The position numbers were made by a program, and so were the translations under genes. The notes under the pieces were generated by a model. It did no database searches and was not told where the DNA came from. It saw only the letters and a list, made by a program, of their open reading frames with translations. Shown in pieces: positions 15,723 to 24,000 of a DNA stretch of 24,000 nucleotides. The stretch lies in sequence record JX486088.1; one strand, given 5' to 3'. The stretch is from Lactobacillus phage ATCC 8014-B2. Position 1 is the stretch's first letter. The number at the start of each line of letters is the position of its first letter.

Positions 15723-16334
15723 ATGGCAAAAACCAAAGGTATTGACAGCGCCCGGCTTGCTATCTTTAAGCAAGACGCTGAAACGGTTGACCTAACAAAT
15801 ACGGCAATCGGGGCAACGGGTGTTTATAAATTAGACGAAAAGACCGCACAAGGTATGACGGTCGGTAACATTACTGGTCTTGCACCAACGATGACTAAGA
15901 TTTATGGTTCTGACATGGTTGTTGAAACTTCCGGTAAAGGTGTTGGCTCTGTTCAAGCGACTGTTGGTGCTAACGACATTCCAGAAGCAATTATTGACGC
16001 CATTACTGGTGTTGATAACACGCAAGGATTCTCTGTTGTTACGTCAGACACGCGTGCTCCATATTCAGTTATTGAATTTATTACGCACGGTCGTCTGAAT
16101 AACGTATTGCATTTTGCTTTGTTGAAAGGTACTTTCGGCCTTGAAGAACACAACATGCAAACGAACACTGAATCAGAACAGTTGGCACCAGACTCATTGA
16201 CGTTTACTGGTGTTAACCGCCAAGCTGATAAAGCCGCTTATGCTAAAGGTGACGAAGCCAACGAAACATTTAAGATTGATGATTGGACTAAATTTGTATT
16301 TCCTGGGTACACCCCCAGCGGAACCGGCGCCTAA
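15723..16334 (+). CDS. Major tail protein, zero-frame product
   Basis: 203 aa; AVDAITGVDNTQGFSVVTSDTRAPYSVIEFITHGR...; position before the chaperones. Confidence 0.9.
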   Translation: MAKTKGIDSARLAIFKQDAETVDLTNTAIGATGVYKLDEKTAQGMTVGNITGLAPTMTKIYGSDMVVETSGKGVGSVQATVGANDIPEAIIDAITGVDNTQGFSVVTSDTRAPYSVIEFITHGRLNNVLHFALLKGTFGLEEHNMQTNTESEQLAPDSLTFTGVNRQADKAAYAKGDEANETFKIDDWTKFVFPGYTPSGTGA

Positions 16335-16386
16335 GATTGCGTCGATAACCCCAAGTATAACAAGTGCTACTATCGTGGCAGAATAG
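16314..16386 (+). other. Candidate +1 frameshift site and C-terminal extension of MTP
   Basis: CCC AGC GGA ACC at 16314-16325; the +1 frame continues as ...PAEPAPKIASITPSITSATIVAE* to 16386. Confidence 0.75.
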
Positions 16387-16393
16387 TCTCTAT

Positions 16394-16421
16394 GCGCCTC
16401 ATCGAGGGGCGCGTCTACATA
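16394..16421 (+). promoter_or_regulatory. Stem-loop + TACATA element
   Basis: GCGCCTC-ATCGA-GGGGCGC, GTC, TACATA. Confidence 0.7.
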
Positions 16422-16462
16422 TCCAAAAATAAAATATTTAGATGAAAGACGAGGAGATTCAT

Positions 16463-16861
16463 ATGACTGTCAAAATCAATGCAAAAGATTTAGGAATTCG
16501 TAAGCCCGTTGAAGTAAACGAGACTAACAAGAACATTAAGAAAACATTAAAGGTGCAAATGAAGTTGGAAGCGTTAGGTAATATTGATGCCGAAAACATG
16601 ACCGATGAAGAAGCATACAGTTTGTTTATTAAGAACCAATATGAAGCAAACGAAGCAACCACCGAATATATTGCTGACCTTTTACGTTTATCAGAATCAC
16701 AAATTGATAAACTAGAAGACTTAGAATCAAGCAAGACCGATGAATTGTTTGCTCAAATCGTTCAAAAGATTATGCACATTGACCAGATTGTGGACGGTGA
16801 CGAAGACGACGGTACGCCCAGCGGAACCACAGACGTTTCAGGAGACGCTGGACGAGATTAA
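16463..16861 (+). CDS. Tail assembly chaperone, short form (gpG-like)
   Basis: MTVKINAKDLGIRKPVEVNETNKN...; SD ACGAGGAG before ATG 16463; between MTP and tape measure. Confidence 0.85.
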   Translation: MTVKINAKDLGIRKPVEVNETNKNIKKTLKVQMKLEALGNIDAENMTDEEAYSLFIKNQYEANEATTEYIADLLRLSESQIDKLEDLESSKTDELFAQIVQKIMHIDQIVDGDEDDGTPSGTTDVSGDAGRD

Positions 16862-17039
16862 TCGTCTCGAAAAAACACTGATTTCTCAAAACCAAGACAC
16901 ATTTAATAATTTAGAGGAAACTAACTATTTTGATTTATTAGAAACTCTATCTGTCGATGACGACGGTGGTGGTTCTGGTTCTGACGATAAAGTAGAGCCT
17001 TTAGGTTACTGGTTGGAAAATAACATTGCTGATAAGTGA
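16463..17039 (+). CDS. Tail assembly chaperone, long form (gpGT-like) via candidate +1 frameshift at 16817-16820
   Basis: The overlapping +1-frame ORF (to 17039) has no credible SD. Fusion would read ...EDDGTP|AEPQTFQETLDEINRLEKTL.... Confidence 0.75.
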
Positions 17040-17070
17040 TGTTATTGTTTTTTTTCTTGTTTTGTTGGTT

Positions 17071-17098
17071 AAGTTCGCTTTGGCGGGCTTGTTTTTTT
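17071..17098 (+). terminator. Intrinsic terminator between chaperones and tape measure
   Basis: AAGTTCGC-TTTG-GCGGGCTT followed by GTTTTTTT. Confidence 0.7.
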
Positions 17099-17114
17099 GC
17101 AAGGAGGGTTTTAA

Positions 17115-20100
17115 ATGAAACAGGCCGCATATGGTAGTTTAACATATAATGTTAATATTAACGATACAAAAGCTCAATCGAGTTTGCGTACGTTAAAAGG
17201 AGCTATTCGCTCCACAGGCCAAGAATGGCGTTCTAACGCTTCTGCAATGCAAGCCGCCGGTGATAGTGCAAGTGCTTTAGACGCTAAGATAACAGGTCTT
17301 AACAAAGAAATTGAGTTACAAACCGATTATAACAAGCGCTTAGCAGAAGCATTGAAGAATGCCAATGCTACGACTGACAAGGAAAAGCTTGCAGTTATGC
17401 GCTGGACGAATGAATTAACCAGAAGTAATGCGGCACTTAAACGTCGTCAAAGCGAACTGGATAGTGCACGAGCGGCCGAAATCAGATACTCAACTGGTAT
17501 TGACAGAGCACAAAAGTCTCACAGGGCTTATACCAATGCGATTGAAGCTAGTGAGAAAGCTCTATCAGCAGAAGGTAAAGAAGAACAAGCAAGCGCTAAA
17601 CACAAGGAACTCTTAGCGGCTAAGACGTCTTCATTGAAAGATGAGCTTGGTCGGGAAGAGAAAGCGTTCAAAGCGTTAAAGGCTAGCGCTAGCTCTTCTA
17701 ACGTTGACATCAACAAGCAATCTGCTGTCGTGTCAAAAGCTCGTGAGGCTTATGCTAAAGCTCGTGAAGAACAGCGTAAGTATTCTACTGGTCTCCATCA
17801 AATGGAACAGTATTCTAAGTCGACTGCTGAAATATCGCAATCACTTGCTTCAAGATTACGAGCAGAAGGCAAGAACTATACTGCAATGTCGGTAGAGTTA
17901 AAGACATTAATTGGTTCTCGTAAAGGGTTGTTGACTCAATACAAGACTGAAATGTCCGAATTAGAATTAATTAAGAAGCGCTCTGGTGATACAAGCGCGG
18001 CCTATTCAGCACAGGCTAAAAAGGTCAATGATTTAGGCGCAAGGATTGGAGAAACGGACTCAAAAATCCGTTCTTTAAATAAAAATGTTGGTTTATCTGG
18101 TTCAGCAATAAACTCATTTAGTGATAAAATTGGTGGTATGCAAAAGAAATACGCTGGCGTTGCTAATGCAATGTCTGCCGTTTCTCGTGGTACTGGCTAT
18201 GCAACATTAGGTCTTGCCGCCGTAACCAAGCAAGGTGTCTCAATGTCAACCTCGCTACAATCTTCTTTTACTAAGACTAAAAACTTAATTGTTAAGTCTA
18301 ATACAGAAGGAACTGGTGAGATTAACCGTAACCTTGCAAAGATGAAAGAGAATGCTCAATCATATTCTAAAGAATATGGTTTAACACAGCAAAAGATTTC
18401 TGACGGTTATCAAGACTTAATCAAACGTGGTTACAGTTCGGCACAAGCATTAGGTTCAATGAAGACATTAGTTAAAGGTGCTATTGCCACTGGCGATGAC
18501 TTCAACGATGTTACAGCCGTTTCTACACAGACTTTGGAATCATTCGGTCTGAGGGCTAACTCTACTGCTCAAATGGCCAAGAATACGTCTAAGGTTGTTA
18601 ACGAGATGGCCTATGCCGCCGATATGACGGCTACCGATTTCCAAAGCTTGGGTAAAGGTATGGAATATGTCGGTAACACGGCCCATCAAGCAGGGTTTAG
18701 TATCTCTGAAACCGCTAGTGCCATGGGTATTTTATCGAACAACGGTTTGGAATCTGACAAAGCTGGTACTGGACTACGTAAGACGATTAACTCATTGGTA
18801 TCTCCTACTGATAACGCTACTGGCGCTTTGAAGAAATTAGGGTTATCAACAAGTAGTTTTACAGATAAGAACGGTAAGATGAAGTCGATGTCGGATATTT
18901 TCGGCATTTTGAACTCTCATATGAAGAACTTATCTGGTCATGACCGTACTGACGTGTTCCATGCAATCTTTGGTACGACTGGTCAACAGGCTGGTGGTAT
19001 TTTAACTGATAATTACAAGTCACTGAAGAATTTGAACGGTGAAGTCGAGCGTTCAGCAAAGACAGACTATATTGGTGGTTTGTCTGCAAAGAACATGGAA
19101 ACTGCACAGAACCAGTTTAACAAGTTTAAGGTTACTTTTCAAGCTTTAGAGATTGAGTTCGCGAACGTATTACTTCCATATTTAACCAAAGGTGCTAAAG
19201 CACTAACGGGATTAATGGATAAGTTCGATAAGTTGAGTCCTTCTGCTAAAAAAGCCGCCGGAGCAACGCTTCTATTGGTTCCAGCAATTAGTGCTGTTAC
19301 TGGTGTAATTGCCGCTTTCATTCGTAATTCCGGAACAATTGCAACTGTTGTTTCAAAATTATTCAGTAAATCTAAGATTGATACTGCTGGTGCAAGCAAG
19401 TCTGCTGTTGCCGCAATTGACGAGCAAACCGCCGCTGTAAAGGCTCTCGCATTAGCATGGGCCGACGCTGGGGAAGCCGCTGGAGCAGAAGCGGCAGAAG
19501 CCGGCGCTGGTAGTGCTGGTGGTCTCAAAGGAAAAGCTGGTAAGACAGCTTCCGAAGTAGAATCTGTTGGTACTCGTGAAGAGTATCAAGCGGCTAAAAA
19601 GTCTCGTTCTAAGTCATCTGTATTAAAACGTATGGCTAAAGGCCAGACAACTACTGAGGACGCCGAAGCTATTTCGTCAAGGATTGGTAAGGTCGGTACT
19701 ACTGGTTCCAAGCTAGGTAAAATAGCTAGGGGTACTGGTGGACTTCTGAAACGTATTCCGTGGTTACAAACTGGTTTGGCCGCCATGAACCTTATTGGTA
19801 TCAACAAGAAGAACGCGGGCCAAAAGGTCGGTTCTACTGCTGGTCAATTAGGTGGTACAATTGGCGGTGGTGCTATCGGTACTGGTATTGGTGGTCTAGT
19901 CGGTGGTGGACTTGGTACTTTCTTTGGCCCGGCAGGAACAGTAGCCGGCGCTAAGATTGGTTCTACCGTTGGTGGACTTGCTGGTAGTTTCTTTGGTGGC
20001 TCTAAGGGCCAAGATTGGGGTGGACAGCTAGGTAAGAAGATTCAGAAGTCTATGAAGAACTTCAAAATGCCTAAGATGTCAACCATCACTAAGTCAATCG

Positions 20101-22778
20101 GTGATTGGTTTGGTGGTATCGGTAAGTGGTTTAGTAAGTTAAAAATGCCAAAAATTAATTTCGGTAAGATGTTCAAAGGATTTAAAATGCCTAACATTGG
20201 TAAAATGTTTAAGAATTTTAAAATGCCTAAGATTAGCGGAATTGGTAAATGGTTTAGTGGACTATTCAAGGGACTTAAAGTTCCTAGTCTTGGCAGTCTT
20301 GGTAAGACAATCGGCTCAGCGTTTGGGAAGATGTTCTCTGGGCTTGGTAAAACAGGTATCGGAAAGTCCATCTCAAAGATGTTGGCCGGTATTGGTAAAA
20401 CCATGTCTGGCTGGGCTAAAGGGATTGGCAAGTTCTTCGCGCCTGCTGTTAAAGCAATTCAAACCCCATTTGAAAAGATTGGTAAATGGTTTAAGACCAG
20501 CCCAGTTGGTAAGTCAATTGTAACTATTGGTAAAGATATTGCCGGTGTAGTTAAAGGTATTGGTAAGTTCATCGCCGCATTAGGGGCGATTGCCGGAAAG
20601 CTGGCCGCGATTGGTTTAGTTAAATTATTCCAAGGTGTTGGCAAGGCTGTTAAAGGCATGGGCAAGTTCTTTACTGATGTTGGTAAGACAATCGGTAGAT
20701 GGGCTAAAAATGTTCGTAAGACCATTGACAACATGGTTAAGCCAATCCAGAAAACGATGAACAAAATCGGTAGCGGTATCTCTAAGGCATGGAGCGACAC
20801 CTTAAAGAATGTTACGAAGTTCGTTAAGAATATTTATAACACTGCTACTAGATGGATTGGCAAACTATTGTCTCCATTGGCTAAGGCTTGGCAATCTATT
20901 TCTAAGACTGCCGCTAGATGGTGGAAGAGTATATCTAACACCGTTGGCAGTTGGGCACACAACCTTTACAAAGGGGTAACTAAGTGGGTCGGAAACTTAC
21001 TAAGTCCCGTAGCTAAGGCTTGGCAGTCCATTTCAAAAACCGCAGGTCGTTGGTGGAAATCAATTTCCAATACAATTGGTAGTTGGGCTAAGAATATCTA
21101 TAATAACGTTACTAAATGGTTTAGGAACCTGTTATCTCCAGTTGCTAAGGCATGGAAGAACGTTTCTAATACTATCGGTGGCTGGATTAAAGGTATTTGG
21201 AAGAACATTTCTAAATTCGGTGACAACATGGCAAGCTTCTTCAAGAAGCTTCCAGGACGTATCTCTAGTGCTCTGAGAGGTGCATGGCACGGTATTTGGA
21301 ACTCAATGGCCGGTATTGTTAACAATGGTGTCATTCACCCTGTTGTTAAAGGTTGGAATGCTGTTGCAGACGCTATTAATGGCGTTGAGAAGAAGATTGG
21401 TGTCGGTAAGAGTTTTAGACTTGGTGAAGCAAGTTATAGCTCAGCTAAATTAAGCACCTATGCTAAGGGTACTCCTGGCGGCCCAGCGTTGGTAAATGAC
21501 GCTAAGTCTAAATACTGGCGCGAAGCTTATAAGCTTCCAGATGGCCGTATGGGTATGTTCCCCAACAAGCGTAACATTATCGTCAACCTTCCAAAAGGTA
21601 CCGAAATCGCCAAAGGTGAAGACGCCAGAATGGTTCAACCTTACCTTGAACATACTGGTGGTAATATTCCAGCTTTCGCTTCGGCTACTGGTTGGTTAGA
21701 TGGTATTGGTAGTGCTATCGGTGGTGCTGTTCACGGTGTTGGTAGTTGGTTCTCTGGGGTTGAAACTAAAGCTTCTAAGCTTATTGATAATTTAGGAAAG
21801 ATGATTAAATCACCTGCTAAATATTTATCTGCTATGATTGCTTCACCATTAAATGCCTTAGCAAAAGGCGGTGGCCTAGCCGCTAAAGCTGTTGGTATGA
21901 CTGGTGATATTGTTGTCAACTCTCTTACCAGTTGGTTCAAAAAGATGTTAAAAGCAGGTCAGGATGAACAACTTGTCGGTAACGTCAAGCTTGGTGGTAG
22001 CGTTGCTTCACGTGCCCGTGCGTTAGCTAAAGCATTCAAGCAAGGTTATCCTGCTTCTAACAATGGTGGTATTGCTGGTATCTTAGGTAACTGGATTCAA
22101 GAATCTAATTTGAATCCTTCCGCTGTCAACTCTAGTGACCATGGTACTGGTTTAGGACAATGGACTTTCACCCGTGAAACTGGATTAAGAAATTGGTTAA
22201 GTAAGCACGGTTATGCATGGAATTCTGCCGCTGGTCAAATTGGCTATGCCTTAAATGAACCCGGCGTGAACGGAATGTTAAAGGCTGTATTAAGAATGAC
22301 AAACCCTACTGCCGCGGCTCAAAAGTTCTTCGCAACTTGGGAGTCTGGTGGTAACATGGACGCTTCTGGTGGTGCTCGTTTGAGCAATGCTTCTGCTGTA
22401 TATCGCTACATTAAGGGTATGGAGAGTGGTGGCCTTGTTGATAAGGCTCAAATGATTAACATTGCGGAACATAACAAGCCAGAAATGGTTGTGTCTTTGA
22501 CCAACAAAGATGCCGCAATTCGTCAATTGAAGCAATCAATCAGCTACCTAGAAAGCGGTAATACTGCCACTAACGTGAATACTCAAAATACGTCGTCTGC
22601 TGATAGCCAAGCAATTGAACAAATTGCAACTGCTATCCAGCAAACTAACGCATTATTGCAAGCTATTCTGTCATCAAGCAATACTCCAAACGTTGCTTAC
22701 GTTGCTTCACAAAGTGTTGTAGACGCTGTTGAGGCACAAAAGTTAGCTAAAGCAAGGTACAATAACTTGATTAACTAA
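17115..22778 (+). CDS. Tape measure protein with C-terminal phage tail lysozyme-like domain
   Basis: 1887 aa; N-terminal coiled coil, MSTSLQSSFTKTKNLIVKSN-type TMP core, Gly/Ala hydrophobic segments, and GGIAGILGNWIQESNLNPSAVNSSDHGTGLGQWTFTR lysozyme-like motif. Confidence 0.97.
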   Translation: MKQAAYGSLTYNVNINDTKAQSSLRTLKGAIRSTGQEWRSNASAMQAAGDSASALDAKITGLNKEIELQTDYNKRLAEALKNANATTDKEKLAVMRWTNELTRSNAALKRRQSELDSARAAEIRYSTGIDRAQKSHRAYTNAIEASEKALSAEGKEEQASAKHKELLAAKTSSLKDELGREEKAFKALKASASSSNVDINKQSAVVSKAREAYAKAREEQRKYSTGLHQMEQYSKSTAEISQSLASRLRAEGKNYTAMSVELKTLIGSRKGLLTQYKTEMSELELIKKRSGDTSAAYSAQAKKVNDLGARIGETDSKIRSLNKNVGLSGSAINSFSDKIGGMQKKYAGVANAMSAVSRGTGYATLGLAAVTKQGVSMSTSLQSSFTKTKNLIVKSNTEGTGEINRNLAKMKENAQSYSKEYGLTQQKISDGYQDLIKRGYSSAQALGSMKTLVKGAIATGDDFNDVTAVSTQTLESFGLRANSTAQMAKNTSKVVNEMAYAADMTATDFQSLGKGMEYVGNTAHQAGFSISETASAMGILSNNGLESDKAGTGLRKTINSLVSPTDNATGALKKLGLSTSSFTDKNGKMKSMSDIFGILNSHMKNLSGHDRTDVFHAIFGTTGQQAGGILTDNYKSLKNLNGEVERSAKTDYIGGLSAKNMETAQNQFNKFKVTFQALEIEFANVLLPYLTKGAKALTGLMDKFDKLSPSAKKAAGATLLLVPAISAVTGVIAAFIRNSGTIATVVSKLFSKSKIDTAGASKSAVAAIDEQTAAVKALALAWADAGEAAGAEAAEAGAGSAGGLKGKAGKTASEVESVGTREEYQAAKKSRSKSSVLKRMAKGQTTTEDAEAISSRIGKVGTTGSKLGKIARGTGGLLKRIPWLQTGLAAMNLIGINKKNAGQKVGSTAGQLGGTIGGGAIGTGIGGLVGGGLGTFFGPAGTVAGAKIGSTVGGLAGSFFGGSKGQDWGGQLGKKIQKSMKNFKMPKMSTITKSIGDWFGGIGKWFSKLKMPKINFGKMFKGFKMPNIGKMFKNFKMPKISGIGKWFSGLFKGLKVPSLGSLGKTIGSAFGKMFSGLGKTGIGKSISKMLAGIGKTMSGWAKGIGKFFAPAVKAIQTPFEKIGKWFKTSPVGKSIVTIGKDIAGVVKGIGKFIAALGAIAGKLAAIGLVKLFQGVGKAVKGMGKFFTDVGKTIGRWAKNVRKTIDNMVKPIQKTMNKIGSGISKAWSDTLKNVTKFVKNIYNTATRWIGKLLSPLAKAWQSISKTAARWWKSISNTVGSWAHNLYKGVTKWVGNLLSPVAKAWQSISKTAGRWWKSISNTIGSWAKNIYNNVTKWFRNLLSPVAKAWKNVSNTIGGWIKGIWKNISKFGDNMASFFKKLPGRISSALRGAWHGIWNSMAGIVNNGVIHPVVKGWNAVADAINGVEKKIGVGKSFRLGEASYSSAKLSTYAKGTPGGPALVNDAKSKYWREAYKLPDGRMGMFPNKRNIIVNLPKGTEIAKGEDARMVQPYLEHTGGNIPAFASATGWLDGIGSAIGGAVHGVGSWFSGVETKASKLIDNLGKMIKSPAKYLSAMIASPLNALAKGGGLAAKAVGMTGDIVVNSLTSWFKKMLKAGQDEQLVGNVKLGGSVASRARALAKAFKQGYPASNNGGIAGILGNWIQESNLNPSAVNSSDHGTGLGQWTFTRETGLRNWLSKHGYAWNSAAGQIGYALNEPGVNGMLKAVLRMTNPTAAAQKFFATWESGGNMDASGGARLSNASAVYRYIKGMESGGLVDKAQMINIAEHNKPEMVVSLTNKDAAIRQLKQSISYLESGNTATNVNTQNTSSADSQAIEQIATAIQQTNALLQAILSSSNTPNVAYVASQSVVDAVEAQKLAKARYNNLIN
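20865..21190 (+). repeat. 132-bp (44-aa) tandem repeat within the tape measure gene, two full copies plus a partial third
   Basis: LLSPLAKAWQSISKTAARWWKSISNTVGSWAHNLYKGVTKWVGN / LLSPVAKAWQSISKTAGRWWKSISNTIGSWAKNIYNNVTKWFRN / LLSPVAKAWKNVSNTIGGW.... Confidence 0.9.
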
Positions 22779-22783
22779 CTAAT

Positions 22784-22810
22784 ACGAGGGGTAATCCCCT
22801 CGTGTACATA
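22784..22810 (+). promoter_or_regulatory. Stem-loop + TACATA element
   Basis: ACGAGGGG-TAAT-CCCCTCGT, G, TACATA. Confidence 0.75.
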
Positions 22811-22834
22811 ATGATTGAATGGGAGGTAAAACCA

Positions 22835-24000
22835 TTGGCACTAAAAGAAGATGAATTTAGTCTAGGCGGTCTTAATAGCCGCACAGACTTACACGTTATT
22901 ATGGGAATGGTGCTCCCACCAATTGCACCAGCAATGTCAGAATTGTCAACCGATATTCCTGCTAAATATGGTGTTCACTTTGGCGGTATTGATTATACCA
23001 CTAAGACAATCAATATTCCAATTACAATCATGGCACCGCATAATTCACAGTCATATATTGATTACGCACAAACTTTGGCTGGTTTGCTATTAACAGACGA
23101 ACCAGATAATGACCAAGAAATTCCATTAGTATTTGGATTCCAACCTGATTTAACTTATTGGGGTCACATCACTTCAATCTCTGACCCACAAGTAACGCAA
23201 GAAGGGGCTTGGGATTCGACATCTACGATTACATTCGTTATGTCTGACCCTAGAGCAACTTTACCACAAGTTGAGGTTGGTTTAAAGCCTGGATTAAACG
23301 TTATCACCGTTGACGGAACAGCACAAACAGAACCAGTCATTCAGATTATCCCTTCTAAAGCATTGAAATACGTCGGGTATACACTTAATGGCGGTAATTA
23401 CGGTATTGGCCCAGAAGACCCATTGGAGCAAGCACAGGCTGTTCAGGAGTGGGAGAAGGTATTAGACGACCCTGTTGAAACAATGGCAATGTGGACTAAT
23501 GACGCAGGTGCTATTGGCGGTCTTATTCCGCCTAACGGTGGTGACTATACTGTATTCCAAGGTGAAGCGATGATTAACGATGCCACTTCTGCTATGACAG
23601 TTAAACGTGACCCCGGTGGTGCTAACCAGCAGTTCGGTACTCATCAAACTGGTTGGTATGGCCCGGCTTTAAGATATACTGGTTTGACACAGTCACTCAC
23701 AGATTGGCGTTTAAGAGCCGGTATTCATCATGGACGATATGGTGGCACTCATAATGAGCGTGCGATGGGTGCAGTTCAATTCCAATGGACTGACACTGGC
23801 GGTAAGGCAATCGGTAATTTCTGTATCGTAGACCCCGGGCAAAACGGTCGTCCGCGTTGTCGTTTACAAATTTGTCAGCCAGGTTCAGTTCTAGCTCCCG
23901 GTGATGGTAAACACCGTGACCTATTGACCACAACAGGGCCTAGTGGAGCTTTCACAAACAAGAAAGACACAGCAGTTAAAATCAAAACTGGAACCAAAAC
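22835..24000 (+). CDS. Distal tail protein (Dit / Sipho_tail-like), truncated by the window end
   Basis: TTG start with SD GGGAGG; read directly as MALKEDEFSLGGLNSRTDLHVIMGMVLPPIAPAMSELSTDIPAKYGVHFGGIDYTTKTINIPITI...; absent from the track because it is open at the 3' edge. Confidence 0.8.
   Translation, partial: MALKEDEFSLGGLNSRTDLHVIMGMVLPPIAPAMSELSTDIPAKYGVHFGGIDYTTKTINIPITIMAPHNSQSYIDYAQTLAGLLLTDEPDNDQEIPLVFGFQPDLTYWGHITSISDPQVTQEGAWDSTSTITFVMSDPRATLPQVEVGLKPGLNVITVDGTAQTEPVIQIIPSKALKYVGYTLNGGNYGIGPEDPLEQAQAVQEWEKVLDDPVETMAMWTNDAGAIGGLIPPNGGDYTVFQGEAMINDATSAMTVKRDPGGANQQFGTHQTGWYGPALRYTGLTQSLTDWRLRAGIHHGRYGGTHNERAMGAVQFQWTDTGGKAIGNFCIVDPGQNGRPRCRLQICQPGSVLAPGDGKHRDLLTTTGPSGAFTNKKDTAVKIKTGTK

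Noticed and set aside
15831-23933. Short alternative-frame and antisense ORFs inside the MTP, tape measure and distal tail genes
   Set aside because: Embedded in long confident ORFs with no SD or motifs; the Gly/Lys-rich tape measure gene readily creates open alternative frames.
1-24000. CRISPR array, integrase, transposase or toxin-antitoxin/defence cassette
   Set aside because: No regular spaced repeats and no recognisable recombinase or defence domains in any translated ORF of this window.

Overview
This 24 kb window is the packaging, head and tail region of a tailed siphophage. Gene families suggest a Lactobacillales host; that is inference, no database was searched. A leftward block of small early-type genes (about 179-3401, minus) runs from a consensus sigma70-type promoter. 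Across a hairpin-rich divergent intergenic region lies a rightward late module: zinc-ribbon/HNH, TerS, a hypothetical gene, about 1.9 kb of tRNA/structured RNA, TerL, portal, prohead protease, HK97-type major capsid protein (MCP), FN3 protein, head-tail connectors, major tail protein (MTP), tail assembly chaperones, an 1887-aa tape measure with a tail-lysozyme domain, and the start of a distal tail protein. Three observations stand out. (1) There are several candidate programmed +1 frameshifts. An identical 12-nt site, CCC AGC GGA ACC, sits at both the MTP 3' end and the chaperone junction. MTP and MCP each have a related +1-frame C-terminal extension (PAPKIASITPSITSATIVAE / PAPTVTNVTPDVNSATVVAK). 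A GGG UAG shifty stop could join a zinc-ribbon ORF to the HNH ORF. (2) A recurring intergenic element, stem-loop followed by TACATA, occurs at about a dozen sites. (3) A tRNA/RNA cluster separates terS from terL. It includes a Leu-like tRNA whose halves are split by about 130 nt, and a class I-shaped tRNA with a UAG (Leu) anticodon.
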